The position numbers were made by a program, and so were the translations under genes. This document shows positions 10,362 to 21,093 of a stretch of DNA of 64,000 nucleotides, piece after piece (within the stretch, counting starts at the first letter, position 1; every line of letters begins with the position of its first letter). The stretch is from an uncultured cyanobacterium. Its GTDB lineage: Bacteria > Cyanobacteriota > Cyanobacteriia > Cyanobacteriales > Nostocaceae. The notes beneath the pieces were generated by a model that worked only from the letters and a program-made list of their open reading frames with translations, was not told the origin of the DNA and made no database searches. The stretch covers positions 1,792,001 through 1,856,000 of the forward strand of contig OY970166.1 in NCBI GenBank assembly GCA_963706595.1, given 5' to 3'.

Positions 10362-11225
10362 TTACCCAAGATTTAAATTTTGTAACAGCCAAAATCCGGT
10401 AAAAGATTCGGCTTGGGGGTCAGATTGGACACCAATAAAATGGACTCCATTCGCTTTTTCTTTGGCTTGCTCATAACCTTTGGCTTCGGCTAAAGTTTGG
10501 GGATTTTTGATATTAGCCAAAATCCAACTTTCCGTAGCACCAGTTTCTAAAACCAATCTTTCCCCTTGTTTAGTATCAAAGTTCAAGCAAGCCAACTCCA
10601 AACCCGAAAGCCACCCGGCTATGGGTAAAGCTCTAGGTGAAAAAATTAACACCCCAGGAATGCGAGTTTCAGGAGACACATTAGCCAATTCCAGGGGAAA
10701 AGCTTCACCAAAGCCAATGTCCCAATCTGCCATTTGATCAAATTCAGCAGCTTGTAGGCTAACAAATGCCCACTGCTTGCCTTCGAGCGCATCTGGTAAG
10801 CGTTGAGGTAAAGGGCTGTCTAAGCGCACTGAAGGATTAGTTCCGCCTTGATATCCTGGTTCTTGAGGATAAACTTCCTCCATGCGCTGTTTCAGCCATT
10901 GATTGAGAACTAAAATTCGGCGGCTAGGTTGGGCGGGGATACCCACATCCTCGCAAGCTTTAGTAATCATATTGCTCATTTGACGGCGGAAAAAGCGGAT
11001 TCTGATTGGTGCTTCTCCTGCCTTTTCGATGGCTTCCTGTAACGCCCTCCGCAACCAACCCGAATTTACTTGAGTGCTGGGGCAATACTGTGCATAACGA
11101 AACAAAGATCCCGGTTTTGTGCTGATATCCGAAGGACTTTCGCAAACTAAAACTTCCCAAACTTTTTTCTGATTTTCGTCCAAAATTGGACGAGAGTAAA
11201 AATCGATTTCCCAAATACTACCCAT
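10362..11225 (-). CDS. Tab2/Atab2 family RNA-binding protein (DUF1092)
   Basis: Recognisable N-terminus MGSIWEIDFYSRP...KVWE. True start taken as the ATG at 11225. Confidence 0.9.
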   Translation of the reverse strand: MGSIWEIDFYSRPILDENQKKVWEVLVCESPSDISTKPGSLFRYAQYCPSTQVNSGWLRRALQEAIEKAGEAPIRIRFFRRQMSNMITKACEDVGIPAQPSRRILVLNQWLKQRMEEVYPQEPGYQGGTNPSVRLDSPLPQRLPDALEGKQWAFVSLQAAEFDQMADWDIGFGEAFPLELANVSPETRIPGVLIFSPRALPIAGWLSGLELACLNFDTKQGERLVLETGATESWILANIKNPQTLAEAKGYEQAKEKANGVHFIGVQSDPQAESFTGFWLLQNLNLG

Positions 11226-11280
11226 GTTTTGCCGTGAGATTCTGGCGACTTGATATTTTCTTATATTTTCATCATAAGAG

Positions 11281-11425
11281 GGAATGGGGACTAGGGAGTG
11301 GGGAATGGGGAATGGGGAGTGGGGAGTTACTTCGACTTCGCTCAGTAACCGGGGGAGTGGGGAGTGGGGAATGGGGAATGGGGGAAGAAGCAGGGGAGCA
11401 GGGAGCAGGGGGGAAGAAGCAGGAG
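11281..11425. repeat. STRR heptamer tandem repeats (GGGGA[GA]T) with a nested short dispersed element
   Basis: Tandem GGGAATG/GGGGAGT units interrupted by TTCGACTTCGCTCAGTAACC. Similar tracts at ~14041-14075, 14903-14938 and 23720-23757. Confidence 0.9.
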
Positions 11426-11786
11426 GAAAATTGTGACTTCCCAATTTAATTTTGTTGGCGTAGCCTGCGCTTTGCGCTTAAAGACACGTAGTGGACTGAC
11501 AAGCTTAAAGTAGTGCATTAGAAGAAAGCAGAAAACATTGATTTATCAAAATTTTCTCAAAAATCTATTGCAACATTTTAGCCTTGTCACGCCAGTAGGG
11601 TGTGTTATCGAGGAGAGTACGGCACTATTGTGCCTTACTCCCCCTTGCTCCCTGCACCCCGCTCCCCTGCCTCTTAACTCCTGCACCCCTGCCTCTTTTG
11701 GTTGTGGTGATTTTTGCTCGTCTACGATTACCCACAACCCAGGGACGGTAGAATAGGTCTTATTTCTTAGCCTCAACAAAAAAACT

Positions 11787-12533
11787 ATGACAATGCATTC
11801 CACTCTCCAACGTGCTTTTGCTGACCGTAACGTTCTGAAAGTGATTAGCGGCTTGAACAACTTTGATCGCGATCGCGTAGCTGCTACGATCAAAGCTGCT
11901 GAACTGGGTGGTGCTACCTTTGTCGATATCGCCGCCGATGCTGCTTTAGTGCAGATGGCAAAAAACTTGATTAATTTACCAGTTTGTGTATCAGCAGTTG
12001 AACCAGAAAAGTTTGTGGAAGCTGTCAACGCTGGTGCAGATTTAATTGAAATCGGTAACTTTGATAGTTTTTACGCTCAAGGACGTAAATTTGAAGCTGA
12101 GGAAGTTTTAGCCCTAACTTACCAAACTCGCGCCCTCCTGCCAGAAATTACCTTATCTGTGACTGTTCCCCACATCCTGGAACTAGACCAACAAGTACAA
12201 CTAGCCGAGGAACTGGTAAAAGCTGGAGCAGATATTATTCAAACCGAAGGCGGTACAAGCAGCCAGCCAGTACATTCTGGTACTTTGGGATTAATTGAAA
12301 AAGCAGCTCCCACCTTAGCAGCTGCTTATGAAATTGCTCGTGTGGTTTCCGTACCTGTACTATGTGCTTCTGGTATTTCTAGCGTCACCGCACCTCTAGC
12401 GATCGCCTCTGGTGCAGCCGGCGTTGGTGTTGGTTCGGCGATTAATCAACTCAACAGCGAAATAGCCATGATTGCGGCTGTGCGTGGCTTAGTTGAAGCT
12501 TTGGCGATCGCTAACAGTAGAGCGATTGTTTAG
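11787..12533 (+). CDS. DUF561 / Ycf23-like TIM-barrel protein
   Basis: LKVISGLNNFD, GATFVDIAAD and IQTEGG motifs. Confidence 0.85.
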   Translation: MTMHSTLQRAFADRNVLKVISGLNNFDRDRVAATIKAAELGGATFVDIAADAALVQMAKNLINLPVCVSAVEPEKFVEAVNAGADLIEIGNFDSFYAQGRKFEAEEVLALTYQTRALLPEITLSVTVPHILELDQQVQLAEELVKAGADIIQTEGGTSSQPVHSGTLGLIEKAAPTLAAAYEIARVVSVPVLCASGISSVTAPLAIASGAAGVGVGSAINQLNSEIAMIAAVRGLVEALAIANSRAIV

Positions 12534-12540
12534 TTGAGTT

Positions 12541-12600
12541 AGGGCGGGTTCAGTAAAATTGTCGTTCTTCTGGAATGATATCTGTAAACCCGCCCCTACA
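12541..12600. repeat. REP-like palindrome between convergent genes (possible terminator)
   Basis: AGGGCGGGTT...AACCCGCCCCT inverted repeat. Confidence 0.7.
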
Positions 12601-12656
12601 GGAGAATGGGTACTCTTAATTTTCCCCCTGCCCCCTGCACCCTGCCCCCCTGCCTC

Positions 12657-13805
12657 TTACCCCAAGCACTCTTTCAAAGCATAAATTACCTGATCTTGCT
12701 GTTCATGTGTCAGTTCTGGGAACATGGGTAAAGATAGAACTTCGTGACAAGCTAACTCGGCTACTGGTAATTGTCCTGGCTGATAACCTAAACTTTGATA
12801 AACGGGTTGCAAATGTAACGGGTGGGGATAGTACACCATTGAACTGACTCCCCGTTCTTGCAGTTGACTACGTACAGACTCTCGGTGAGTGGCTGTAGCA
12901 CCATTTCGTCCCTCCGTTAATACGCGAATGGTATATTGATTCCAGACACTCATCCCCCCGGCTAATTGTTGTGGTGCAACAATACCAGGAATTTGACACA
13001 GAAACTGCTGATAATAAGCGGCGATCGCTCTTCGTTGATTATTCCAAATATCCAGATAACGCAATTTAATTTGCAGAATAGCGGCTTGTAGACTATCTAA
13101 GCGACTATTTACACCAACTTCTTCGTAATAATAGCGATTTTTCTGCCCATGTTCCTTGAGTACCCGTAATTTCGCCGCAATTTCAGGATCATTCGTGGTA
13201 ATCGCTCCACCATCGCCACAACCGCCTAAATTCTTGGTAGGGTAGAAACTAAAGCAGCCAATATGTCCGATACTGCCGACTTTTTGATCATTCCAACTTG
13301 CACCTGTAGCTTGAGCGCAATCTTCAATCACTGCTAAATTATGCCTGTTAGCGATCGCCATCAGTGCTGTCATATCCACAGGTTGTCCAAATAAGTGAAC
13401 CGGGATAATCGCTTTGGTTTTAGGTGTAATAGCTGCGGCTACTTGCTGCAAATCAATGTTAAAAGTATCAGTGTCAATATCAACAAAAATTGGTTTTGCA
13501 CCCACAGCACTAATAACTTCGGCTGTGGCTACGAAGGTGAAAGGTGTGGTAATAACTTCATCACCTTGACCAATTTCTAACGCCCGTAAAGCTAAGTAGA
13601 GGGCATCAGTCCCGGAGTTACAGCCTATACAATAATTTACATCGTGATAGGTAGCAAACTGTTGCTCAAAGCTTTCCACTAAAGGGCCGCCAATATAACG
13701 CCCAGAAGCCAAAACTTCTAAAACGGCTGCACTCACTTCTGCTTCAATAGTGGCGTATTGTTGCTTAATATCAAAAGCAGGAATAGAATTTACACTTTGG
13801 ATCAT
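12657..13805 (-). CDS. DegT/DnrJ/EryC1/StrS PLP-dependent aminotransferase
   Basis: NSGTDAL, EDCAQA and SFYPTKNLG motifs. Confidence 0.95.
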   Translation of the reverse strand: MIQSVNSIPAFDIKQQYATIEAEVSAAVLEVLASGRYIGGPLVESFEQQFATYHDVNYCIGCNSGTDALYLALRALEIGQGDEVITTPFTFVATAEVISAVGAKPIFVDIDTDTFNIDLQQVAAAITPKTKAIIPVHLFGQPVDMTALMAIANRHNLAVIEDCAQATGASWNDQKVGSIGHIGCFSFYPTKNLGGCGDGGAITTNDPEIAAKLRVLKEHGQKNRYYYEEVGVNSRLDSLQAAILQIKLRYLDIWNNQRRAIAAYYQQFLCQIPGIVAPQQLAGGMSVWNQYTIRVLTEGRNGATATHRESVRSQLQERGVSSMVYYPHPLHLQPVYQSLGYQPGQLPVAELACHEVLSLPMFPELTHEQQDQVIYALKECLG

Positions 13806-14122
13806 GAGTTTTCATTTTATTTGAAGATACAAAGGATGCATTGCGACTGCCAATTTTTGCTGTGAGAATTTTGATCAAAAAGCTTTACAAAGACTGTCGC
13901 CCCGAATATGCATCAAAATTGGGTTTTTACTGTAATTATTTTATGGTTAAGGATACCATTGGTTGGTAGAAAATGCGATGCATATCACCCAAGATCCTAT
14001 ACTGGGAATTAAAGTTCCAAGTTGTTTTATTCTGAAGACTGGGAATGGGGAGTGGGGAGTAGGGAGTGGGGAGTGGTCAGAAATATTTTCATATTTTTTT
14101 GTGAGCAGGAAATGGAGAATTG

Positions 14123-14899
14123 ATGCAGGATTTAATCAAGCTGGATTTTGTTGATTTAGCTATTGCTGTGGGATTGATGGCGATCGCCATTGGTTTATCT
14201 GCCTGGGAAAAATTAGGACTAGAATTAAACTTAGCGATCGCTACAGGCAGAACCATCTTACAACTACTCGTATTAGGATACGTTTTAGAGTTCATCTTTG
14301 CTTTAAACAATGTTTGGGGAGTGTTGGCGATTTTAGCAGTAATTTTGACAGTTACAGCCATTGTTGCCAAAAATCGTATCAGTCCGAAAATTCCCCAAGT
14401 TTTACCATTGGTATGGGGAGCAATTTTAATTAGCACTGCTGTGACAGTTATTTATACTAATTTTTTAATTATTCAACCGGAGAGATGGTACGAACCCCGT
14501 TATGTAATTCCTCTAGCCGGGATAGTATTGGGTAATGCGATGAATGCAGCTGCGATCGCAGGGGAACGTCTTGTCAGTACAATGAATAGTCAGTCTGTGG
14601 AAATAGAAACACACTTAAGTTTAGGTGCAACTCCTCAGCAAGCAGTCAGTCAGTACCGCAAAGAAGCCATTAGAGCCGCATTTCTCCCGACTCTCAATCA
14701 AATGACTCTTGTGGGTATGGTAGCTATCCCCGGAATTACCACAGGTCAGTTAATCGCCGGAATCAGACCAATCGATGCTATTTCCTACGAAATTGTGATT
14801 ATTTTCATGGTTGCGGCTTCCAACTTACTGACAACTATTCTAGTTACGAGAGGATTGTACCGTCAGTTCTTCAATTCCGCCGCCCAGTTGGTCAGGTAA
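14123..14899 (+). CDS. fetB: FetB/UPF0014 iron-export ABC permease
   Basis: RTILQL, IPLAGIVLGNAM, LSLGAT and IPGITTGQ motifs. Confidence 0.8.
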   Translation: MQDLIKLDFVDLAIAVGLMAIAIGLSAWEKLGLELNLAIATGRTILQLLVLGYVLEFIFALNNVWGVLAILAVILTVTAIVAKNRISPKIPQVLPLVWGAILISTAVTVIYTNFLIIQPERWYEPRYVIPLAGIVLGNAMNAAAIAGERLVSTMNSQSVEIETHLSLGATPQQAVSQYRKEAIRAAFLPTLNQMTLVGMVAIPGITTGQLIAGIRPIDAISYEIVIIFMVAASNLLTTILVTRGLYRQFFNSAAQLVR

Positions 14900-14975
14900 G
14901 GACTCCCCATTCCCCACTCCCCACTCCCCACTCCCCATGTTCTAAAATAGAAATTGACGTTCCCCAGCAGTTAAA

Positions 14976-16817
14976 GTGTCTGAATCTTTGCCAATCCGCG
15001 ACCGCTATCTTACTTTTATTGATGAAATTATTGAATCCACCCTCAAGGGCAAAATTAGCTCTGTAGAGATGGTGTATCAAATGCTGCAAAAAAATATAAT
15101 TTCGGGGACAGGGGAAGTCTTTGAATTAGTTTTGAGCGATCGCCTCAGTAGCATTCAAAGCCAAGTGGATGGTGAAACCGATGAACTCAAGCAAGCCAAA
15201 GCCAACCGGAAATTAAGAGCGATTAAGACCATTCAAAGCCAATGGCAAAGATATTCGCAGCAAAATCAAGCTACAGAAGCGATCGCCTCAGCCGTTAGAG
15301 AAATTACTACAGCTTCCACAGATGAACGTCTGACTATATTTTTACGAGTTATCGACCCCAATCAAAAGCAAGCGCCAAACACACAACAACTACAACAGTT
15401 AGCCAAAGGTTTACAACAATTCGCTCAAGTAGATAGTGATTTACAGGAAATATCCCAGGGAATTACCCGTGGTTTAAGCACTTGGCAAGGACTGCAAGAC
15501 CACTTGGTAAGCTGGATGTATGAGAAAAATCAACAATTGGGTTTTGGTGGCGTTCCTGGGGAAAGTGGCCCTTGGGCAACTTGGGCAAAACAAGTTAAAA
15601 GTCATGTCCCCCAATCCCTGCTTCGCGCCTTAGCAATGGGAGAATCTGCGATTGAATTTGCCGAAAAACAAAGCAGTATTAGTCTCAGTGACTGGGTAGA
15701 AGTAGCATTAATTTTACAGTACCTGCAACGAGGTTTAGTCAACTGGTTCGACCAACAAGCCTACAACGTCCAAGCCGGCTCAAAAATGTCAATTTCCACA
15801 TTCTTGACCTTTGCAGTAATTTGGAGTCAATTAGCCAGTGGTTTTCAAAGTAGAGCCGCATACAGTAATGGCTGTTCTCAAATTATGCTCCAAATTTTAC
15901 GCACCTTTGCCCAACGTCCATATTTTCCCCTTTATGGTGGGATTTTCGCATCTTTTGCCGGTAACTATTTACGGGATGCTTTAGATTATCTCGATGAACC
16001 ATTGCGACGAGTTGAGGGAACCCAAGAAAAAGCCAGAATCCTGACACTTTTAGGCTATTCACAGCGTGCATTAGGACAATATCAGCGTTCAATTCATTTT
16101 CATCAACAAGCCCTGGAGATAGCGAGAAATGCAGGCGATCGCCCCTGTGAACTTGCCAATCTCAACCACCTCAGCCGCACTTATGTACAAGAAAAAAATT
16201 ATCCTGAAGCGATAAATAATAGTCAACGAGCATTAATGCTGAGTCGCCAAGCCGGGGAAAGGACAGCCGAAGCCAATGCCTTGGTAAACTTAGGTTACAG
16301 CGAAGTTATGCAGGCGCAAAAGCTGGAACAAGTAGAAACAGAAGTCTATGAATCAGCTATTAACTATTTAGAACAAGGATTAAAGTTATCAGAACAATTA
16401 GGAGATATTCAAAGTAAAGCTTTATGTTTTAATAGCTTAGGTATTGCCTATTTAGTCATAGGTCAATCAGCAGCAGCAATTCCCTATTTAGAAAATGGGT
16501 TTAAAACAGCCCAAGTTTCCGGAGACTTATATCTTCAAGGGCGCAACTTAGCTTATTTATCGGAAGCTTATTATAATTTACAAAATTCTGAAAAAGCGAT
16601 TTATACAGGTGGTTTAGGAATGTATTTGTTAGAGCAAATTGCTTCTAATGAATGGCGACAATCAGCAGGTTTACTCACAATTTTACAAGGACAAATGGGA
16701 GCAGAAGCCTTCCAAAGTTTATTACAACAACATCGCCCAAAAATGATTGCGATTATTGGTGTAGATGGATATGATTACATTCCCAAATTGTTAGAAATTT
16801 ACAAAGAAAGTATGTAA
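14976..16817 (+). CDS. TPR-repeat protein
   Basis: 613-aa ORF with C-terminal TPR motifs (LGYSQRALGQYQ, ALVNLGYSE, NSLGIAY). Confidence 0.85.
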   Translation: MSESLPIRDRYLTFIDEIIESTLKGKISSVEMVYQMLQKNIISGTGEVFELVLSDRLSSIQSQVDGETDELKQAKANRKLRAIKTIQSQWQRYSQQNQATEAIASAVREITTASTDERLTIFLRVIDPNQKQAPNTQQLQQLAKGLQQFAQVDSDLQEISQGITRGLSTWQGLQDHLVSWMYEKNQQLGFGGVPGESGPWATWAKQVKSHVPQSLLRALAMGESAIEFAEKQSSISLSDWVEVALILQYLQRGLVNWFDQQAYNVQAGSKMSISTFLTFAVIWSQLASGFQSRAAYSNGCSQIMLQILRTFAQRPYFPLYGGIFASFAGNYLRDALDYLDEPLRRVEGTQEKARILTLLGYSQRALGQYQRSIHFHQQALEIARNAGDRPCELANLNHLSRTYVQEKNYPEAINNSQRALMLSRQAGERTAEANALVNLGYSEVMQAQKLEQVETEVYESAINYLEQGLKLSEQLGDIQSKALCFNSLGIAYLVIGQSAAAIPYLENGFKTAQVSGDLYLQGRNLAYLSEAYYNLQNSEKAIYTGGLGMYLLEQIASNEWRQSAGLLTILQGQMGAEAFQSLLQQHRPKMIAIIGVDGYDYIPKLLEIYKESM

Positions 16818-16829
16818 ATATGAAAAGTT

Positions 16830-17125
16830 TGTAGTCAGGACTTTAGTCCTTTCTATATTTTGCAACCGTCGCCATAACCCGCCGGAGGTTCTTTTTCACA
16901 GCACGTAAAAAGTAAAAACATCCTACCAGCGTTGGGTTTCACAAAGCTTGAACCCAACCTACTGGCTGATGTAAAAAACCGTTCGGTTGACGCTCACGGC
17001 GAAGCCTATTAAACCCTCTTACCTTGGCGTTCTTTGCGTCTAAAGCCCTGGGGGCATACGCTGCGCGTAAAGCCTACGGCATAGCTACGCTTAAAGCGGA
17101 GCTTTCGCTTTAGCGATAGGTGGTT
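16830..17125. repeat. Cluster of nested short dispersed repeats and palindromes
   Basis: AGGACTTTAGTCCT, GTTGGGTT...AACCCAAC and stacked GCCTACGGCATAGCTACGC-type units. Confidence 0.7.
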
Positions 17126-17138
17126 CGTTTCTGAAAAA

Positions 17139-18020
17139 TTACAGCATTCGTCGCAATTCTGCCACTGTATTGGCTGTGATAATTGCCCGTAAAATCAATT
17201 TTAAACGTTCTAAATCCGAAATTTCGACAATTTGCGGCATCAATTCCAAACCATCGCTACCAAATTTGGCTTCTAAGCTAGTTTCAATGCTAAAAGTTAT
17301 TCCTTGTCGTTGTCCGCGTGTTTCACCGCGTGCTTCACCACGTGCTTCACCGCGTACTTCACCCTCGCGTAATATTTCCTGATACCAAGGCGACTCATGT
17401 AACACAGCCATATCCCACCTCATTATATCTTGAACTAACGCCGTCTCTAGTACAAAGGTAGCAAAAAATGCTAACACCGTTTCCAGTTGGTTTAACTGTT
17501 CATTGGCACGTAAAATTTGTAAGGCTTCTCTAATTGTAGACTCGTCTTCTCCACCTTTGAGAATTGGGACAAAAGGAAGCAACGAAGGTAACGGTTGTTG
17601 AAAAGCTATATTTACGTCTACTTCCCATAAATTAATCACTCGGTAGTCTTGACGTACTTGTAAACCGGCAACATTTGATGTGTATGTTGTGGGAATTTCT
17701 GCGTTTGTAGACTTGAGAATGTTGATTAATACCGGGTAAGTTGGTAAATCATATTTCTCTTCTGCAAGTCCGGCATAAGCACGTATCCGACGCGGCATTT
17801 TGGAAGTATAGCGCAATTGCAGCTCGTTGAGGACAAGAAATTCCTCACCTTGGGGATTTTGGACGCGGATCAAAACATCACTTTCTCGGCTAATCCACTG
17901 AAATTCGGAGTTGATAATTTCACTGGCGACAAGATCAGGTATTTGTGTTACCCATCTTACCCAGTTATCTGGTGCGAGACTAATTAACCTTTTGGTGCTG
18001 ACATCTGCGGGTTTTGCCAT
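17139..18020 (-). CDS. Rpn-family / DUF4351-type PD-(D/E)XK protein
   Basis: SRESDVL...NELQ nuclease-like motif, ESPWYQEI and GEARGEARG repeats. Confidence 0.8.
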   Translation of the reverse strand: MAKPADVSTKRLISLAPDNWVRWVTQIPDLVASEIINSEFQWISRESDVLIRVQNPQGEEFLVLNELQLRYTSKMPRRIRAYAGLAEEKYDLPTYPVLINILKSTNAEIPTTYTSNVAGLQVRQDYRVINLWEVDVNIAFQQPLPSLLPFVPILKGGEDESTIREALQILRANEQLNQLETVLAFFATFVLETALVQDIMRWDMAVLHESPWYQEILREGEVRGEARGEARGETRGQRQGITFSIETSLEAKFGSDGLELMPQIVEISDLERLKLILRAIITANTVAELRRML

Positions 18021-18061
18021 TGGGACAAATTAATATTGCAGTATCGAGTTTAACAAACAAA

Positions 18062-18961
18062 TTAGTGATTTTTTTCAACTGATTTAATTCCCTTTTTAAC
18101 TAATTCTGGAATTAGTGAAGGACGTTCAGCGACGGGAACTTTTGCTTCTTTAAAAGCAGCTAATTTACTTTGGGCTGTGCCAAAATTAGGGTCACGTCCG
18201 ATAACTGTGGCTAAGGTTCCACTTTGTCGCCAACTTCTTGCTAGTGGTGCGTGTCTACCGGCAATATAGGCAATTACTGGTTTATCAATTGCTTCAGTAA
18301 TGTATCGCGCTGCGGCTTCTTCACTATCACCGCCGGGTTGACCAACTAAAACGATCGCTTCGGTAGTTTCATCTTCGTCGAGAATTTGTAACCATTGTAG
18401 AAACGATGAACCCACGATCGCATCACTACCAATACTGACACTAATTGATTGTCCTAAACCAGCTTTGGTTAATTCCCAAGCAACTTCATAAGTCAGGGTA
18501 CTACTGCGGCTAACAATCCCTACAGATCCAGGTGTATATAATTCGCTGGGTTGACTTCCCAAAAGGATTTTTCCCGGTACAATAATTCCTGGACTGTTGG
18601 GACCGACAATCAAGGTTTCACCTGCTTCGGCTTTACGCAGTAATTGCACCATATCCAACGGTGGTACGCCACCAGTAATGATGATAATCTGGCTAATGTT
18701 GCAGGCGATCGCTTCTAAGGCTGCATCTAAAACTTGGTAGGGATGTACGCAAATAATCGCTGTGTCAATTGTCCCAAATTTTGCCACCACCTCTTCCACC
18801 AAATCGAATACTGGCAGATTGTAACGTTGCTGTCCACCACATCCAGGATCGACACCAGCAACCAAATTTGTACCATAAGCTTTCATTTGAGCAATATGAG
18901 TTGCTGTGATAAATTCACTAAAGCCTTGGATTAATACTTTGCTGTCTGGTGTTAAGTTCAT
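18062..18961 (-). CDS. sucD: Succinyl-CoA ligase alpha subunit homologue (catalytic His absent)
   Basis: VLIQG, YGTNLVAGV, GPNSPG, SRSSTLTYE and GLGQS motifs. Adjacent to sucC. Confidence 0.85.
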   Translation of the reverse strand: MNLTPDSKVLIQGFSEFITATHIAQMKAYGTNLVAGVDPGCGGQQRYNLPVFDLVEEVVAKFGTIDTAIICVHPYQVLDAALEAIACNISQIIIITGGVPPLDMVQLLRKAEAGETLIVGPNSPGIIVPGKILLGSQPSELYTPGSVGIVSRSSTLTYEVAWELTKAGLGQSISVSIGSDAIVGSSFLQWLQILDEDETTEAIVLVGQPGGDSEEAAARYITEAIDKPVIAYIAGRHAPLARSWRQSGTLATVIGRDPNFGTAQSKLAAFKEAKVPVAERPSLIPELVKKGIKSVEKNH

Positions 18962-19068
18962 ATAAGATTTTGGTATTTTTGGCAATTATCTGGGTTCACT
19001 TCTCCCAAAGGGAGACGCTTTGCGAACACGTACCAACTCAGTTGAGAAATTTAGCAAAAATCATCTGA

Positions 19069-20295
19069 TTATGCCTTTCTGTAAGCCGTTGGTTTGGCAA
19101 GACGAACAGCTTCTGCCACCGCTTCATCTAAATTTTCTACTACTATCAAAGCATCAGTTTGAGTGTTTAAGGTGGCTAAAAAATCCTTAGCAACATTGAA
19201 CTCAGAACCAGTAATCCGGACAACCAATCGCGGAAAATGATGCTCTCGGCGGGTTCTGCTGCTAACTCTGACAGTGTGTGATTTGATTTCGTGGTGGTCT
19301 TGCTGGACAAAATTGCTAATAATGTTGGCGACTTCCTCCGTCTGAGGTACACTACCTAGAAGGTTAAGCAGGATGACTTGAATGCTTTTGTCGGCTGCGA
19401 GGATGTTCAAACCTTTGGCTAGGCGATCGCAAAAAGTCGTCGGTGCAACATCTGTCACCAAAGCATGGCGCAAATTCAGACAACTCCCAGGTTTACCACC
19501 AGCACTGGTGACTAAATCTAAGGTAGCCATCATGGAACCAGTACCATTGCCCAAAATGCCAATTTTACCGTGTAATTCTAAACCATCCCAATCACCTAAG
19601 TGACCGTTGACGGAACTTCTGCTATGACGGTTAGCTATTTTTACGGCGATCTCCGTTAAGTCCCGATGGCGACCAATGGCGCGTTCGTTGATACTGACTT
19701 TACCATTGAGCGCCATAACTTCACCGGACGCATTTACGGCCAAGGGATTAATTTCTACCAAGTCTAAATCTTTCTGCACAAATAACTGGTACATCTTCTC
19801 AACCACCGAGCTGACAGACTGCATTAATTTACCTTGCAAACCCATTTTTAATGCCAGTCGCCGGGCATAGAAAGGAGAAAATTCTTGTTCCACCACAACG
19901 TGATGCATTTTCTCCCCTGCGGATTCCCAATCAATATCAGCTTCTGTGCAACCTAAAAGCACTGGTCGGCAGACAGCTGTATCTAAAACTACTGCAAGAT
20001 AAAGTTCTTGCTTTTTAATATACAGAGATTCTGCCAGTAACACTTCTGGTAATTCGCCCCAAATCGGCAAATTAAAGATCGTTTGGGCTGCGGCGATCGC
20101 ATCAATTGTTGTTTCCACAAACCTGACTCCACCAGCCTTGGCTCTGTCACCCGCATACACCTGCGACTTCAGTACAATGGGATAGCGAATTTTTAAACGT
20201 TTCAAATCTGTGGGATGGTCAATTCGTTGGGCAGGCAATATGGGAATGCCTATTTTTCCAAACCATTCTTTAACTTGGTACTCCAATAAATCCAT
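19069..20295 (-). CDS. sucC: Succinyl-CoA ligase beta subunit homologue (divergent)
   Basis: MDLLEYQ, KSQV..G.RAKAGGV, EINPL and GNGTG..MATLD motifs. Confidence 0.88.
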   Translation of the reverse strand: MDLLEYQVKEWFGKIGIPILPAQRIDHPTDLKRLKIRYPIVLKSQVYAGDRAKAGGVRFVETTIDAIAAAQTIFNLPIWGELPEVLLAESLYIKKQELYLAVVLDTAVCRPVLLGCTEADIDWESAGEKMHHVVVEQEFSPFYARRLALKMGLQGKLMQSVSSVVEKMYQLFVQKDLDLVEINPLAVNASGEVMALNGKVSINERAIGRHRDLTEIAVKIANRHSRSSVNGHLGDWDGLELHGKIGILGNGTGSMMATLDLVTSAGGKPGSCLNLRHALVTDVAPTTFCDRLAKGLNILAADKSIQVILLNLLGSVPQTEEVANIISNFVQQDHHEIKSHTVRVSSRTRREHHFPRLVVRITGSEFNVAKDFLATLNTQTDALIVVENLDEAVAEAVRLAKPTAYRKA

Positions 20296-21093
20296 TTAAT
20301 TGCACCTTGTATTTACACTTCCAAAAGCATTTCTTTGGTGCTGTTTTTGACTTTTTATAGCACTATGATTACGTGATTTTGCTTGTTTCGTCTATAATAA
20401 ATAGTTTATTTCTTATGTATTAATTCTATCGGATTCCGTAAACAATGCCAATCAGTTGCTCAGATTAAAACATAACTACTGTACTTACTAAAAGTTATTA
20501 ATATTTACAGTGAGTTTGCTAGCATATAACAAAACCAGCATTAATGTCAAAAAAACCTGGTATCAGATATTTTTTATTAGCTCTGAATCAGAACTACTGG
20601 AGATGCTTTTGTCCTTAGTCGCAGGGTACAGCCAGCACTTAGCGAACTTTGGCCTCCACCGAGGTAACTGGCTTCCGATGCCGATGGAAAAATGTTACAA
20701 ATTGTCTCATTTTCTTCTGCTATGGAAATGCTAGCGCGGCTCGACTGGTTTTGACTTCCTCTGAACGGTACTGTCCATCTGAATCATGAGCAAGATTTAA
20801 CATTTTGGAAAAAAGTCAGAATTTGTGTTAAAAAGTTGGTCTACCAAATACAGTAGGCATACGGAAATTCCAGCTAGTGGTAATCTGTAAGACTAGTTAG
20901 TACCTTGTACTAAAAAGCCGGATGATGTCAAACAATAATTTACCGCTACAGCTAAAGCTGAGGGGTGAGAATGTCCATTGATTGACTGATTGTGGTTCAA
21001 TACACTGTGTATCTGCATTCCCTAAATGCAAATGCTTTATTTGATCCTTTCCCAGATAAACAAAACAATATATAAACTCAGCAGTAACGCTTT

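Noticed and set aside
11226..11444. Pro-rich 73-aa N-terminal extension of the Tab2 ORF and opposite-strand Gly/Trp-rich ORFs
   Set aside because: Artefacts of STRR heptamer repeats. The recognisable protein starts at 11225.
17139..18020. Active transposase / IS element
   Set aside because: No terminal inverted repeats or target duplications. The 'putative transposase' label for Rpn proteins is not supported by anything visible here.
20300..21090. ncRNA or 74-aa ORF in the long sucC intergenic region
   Set aside because: No recognisable RNA motif, and the ORF has a GTG start with no evident SD or protein motifs.
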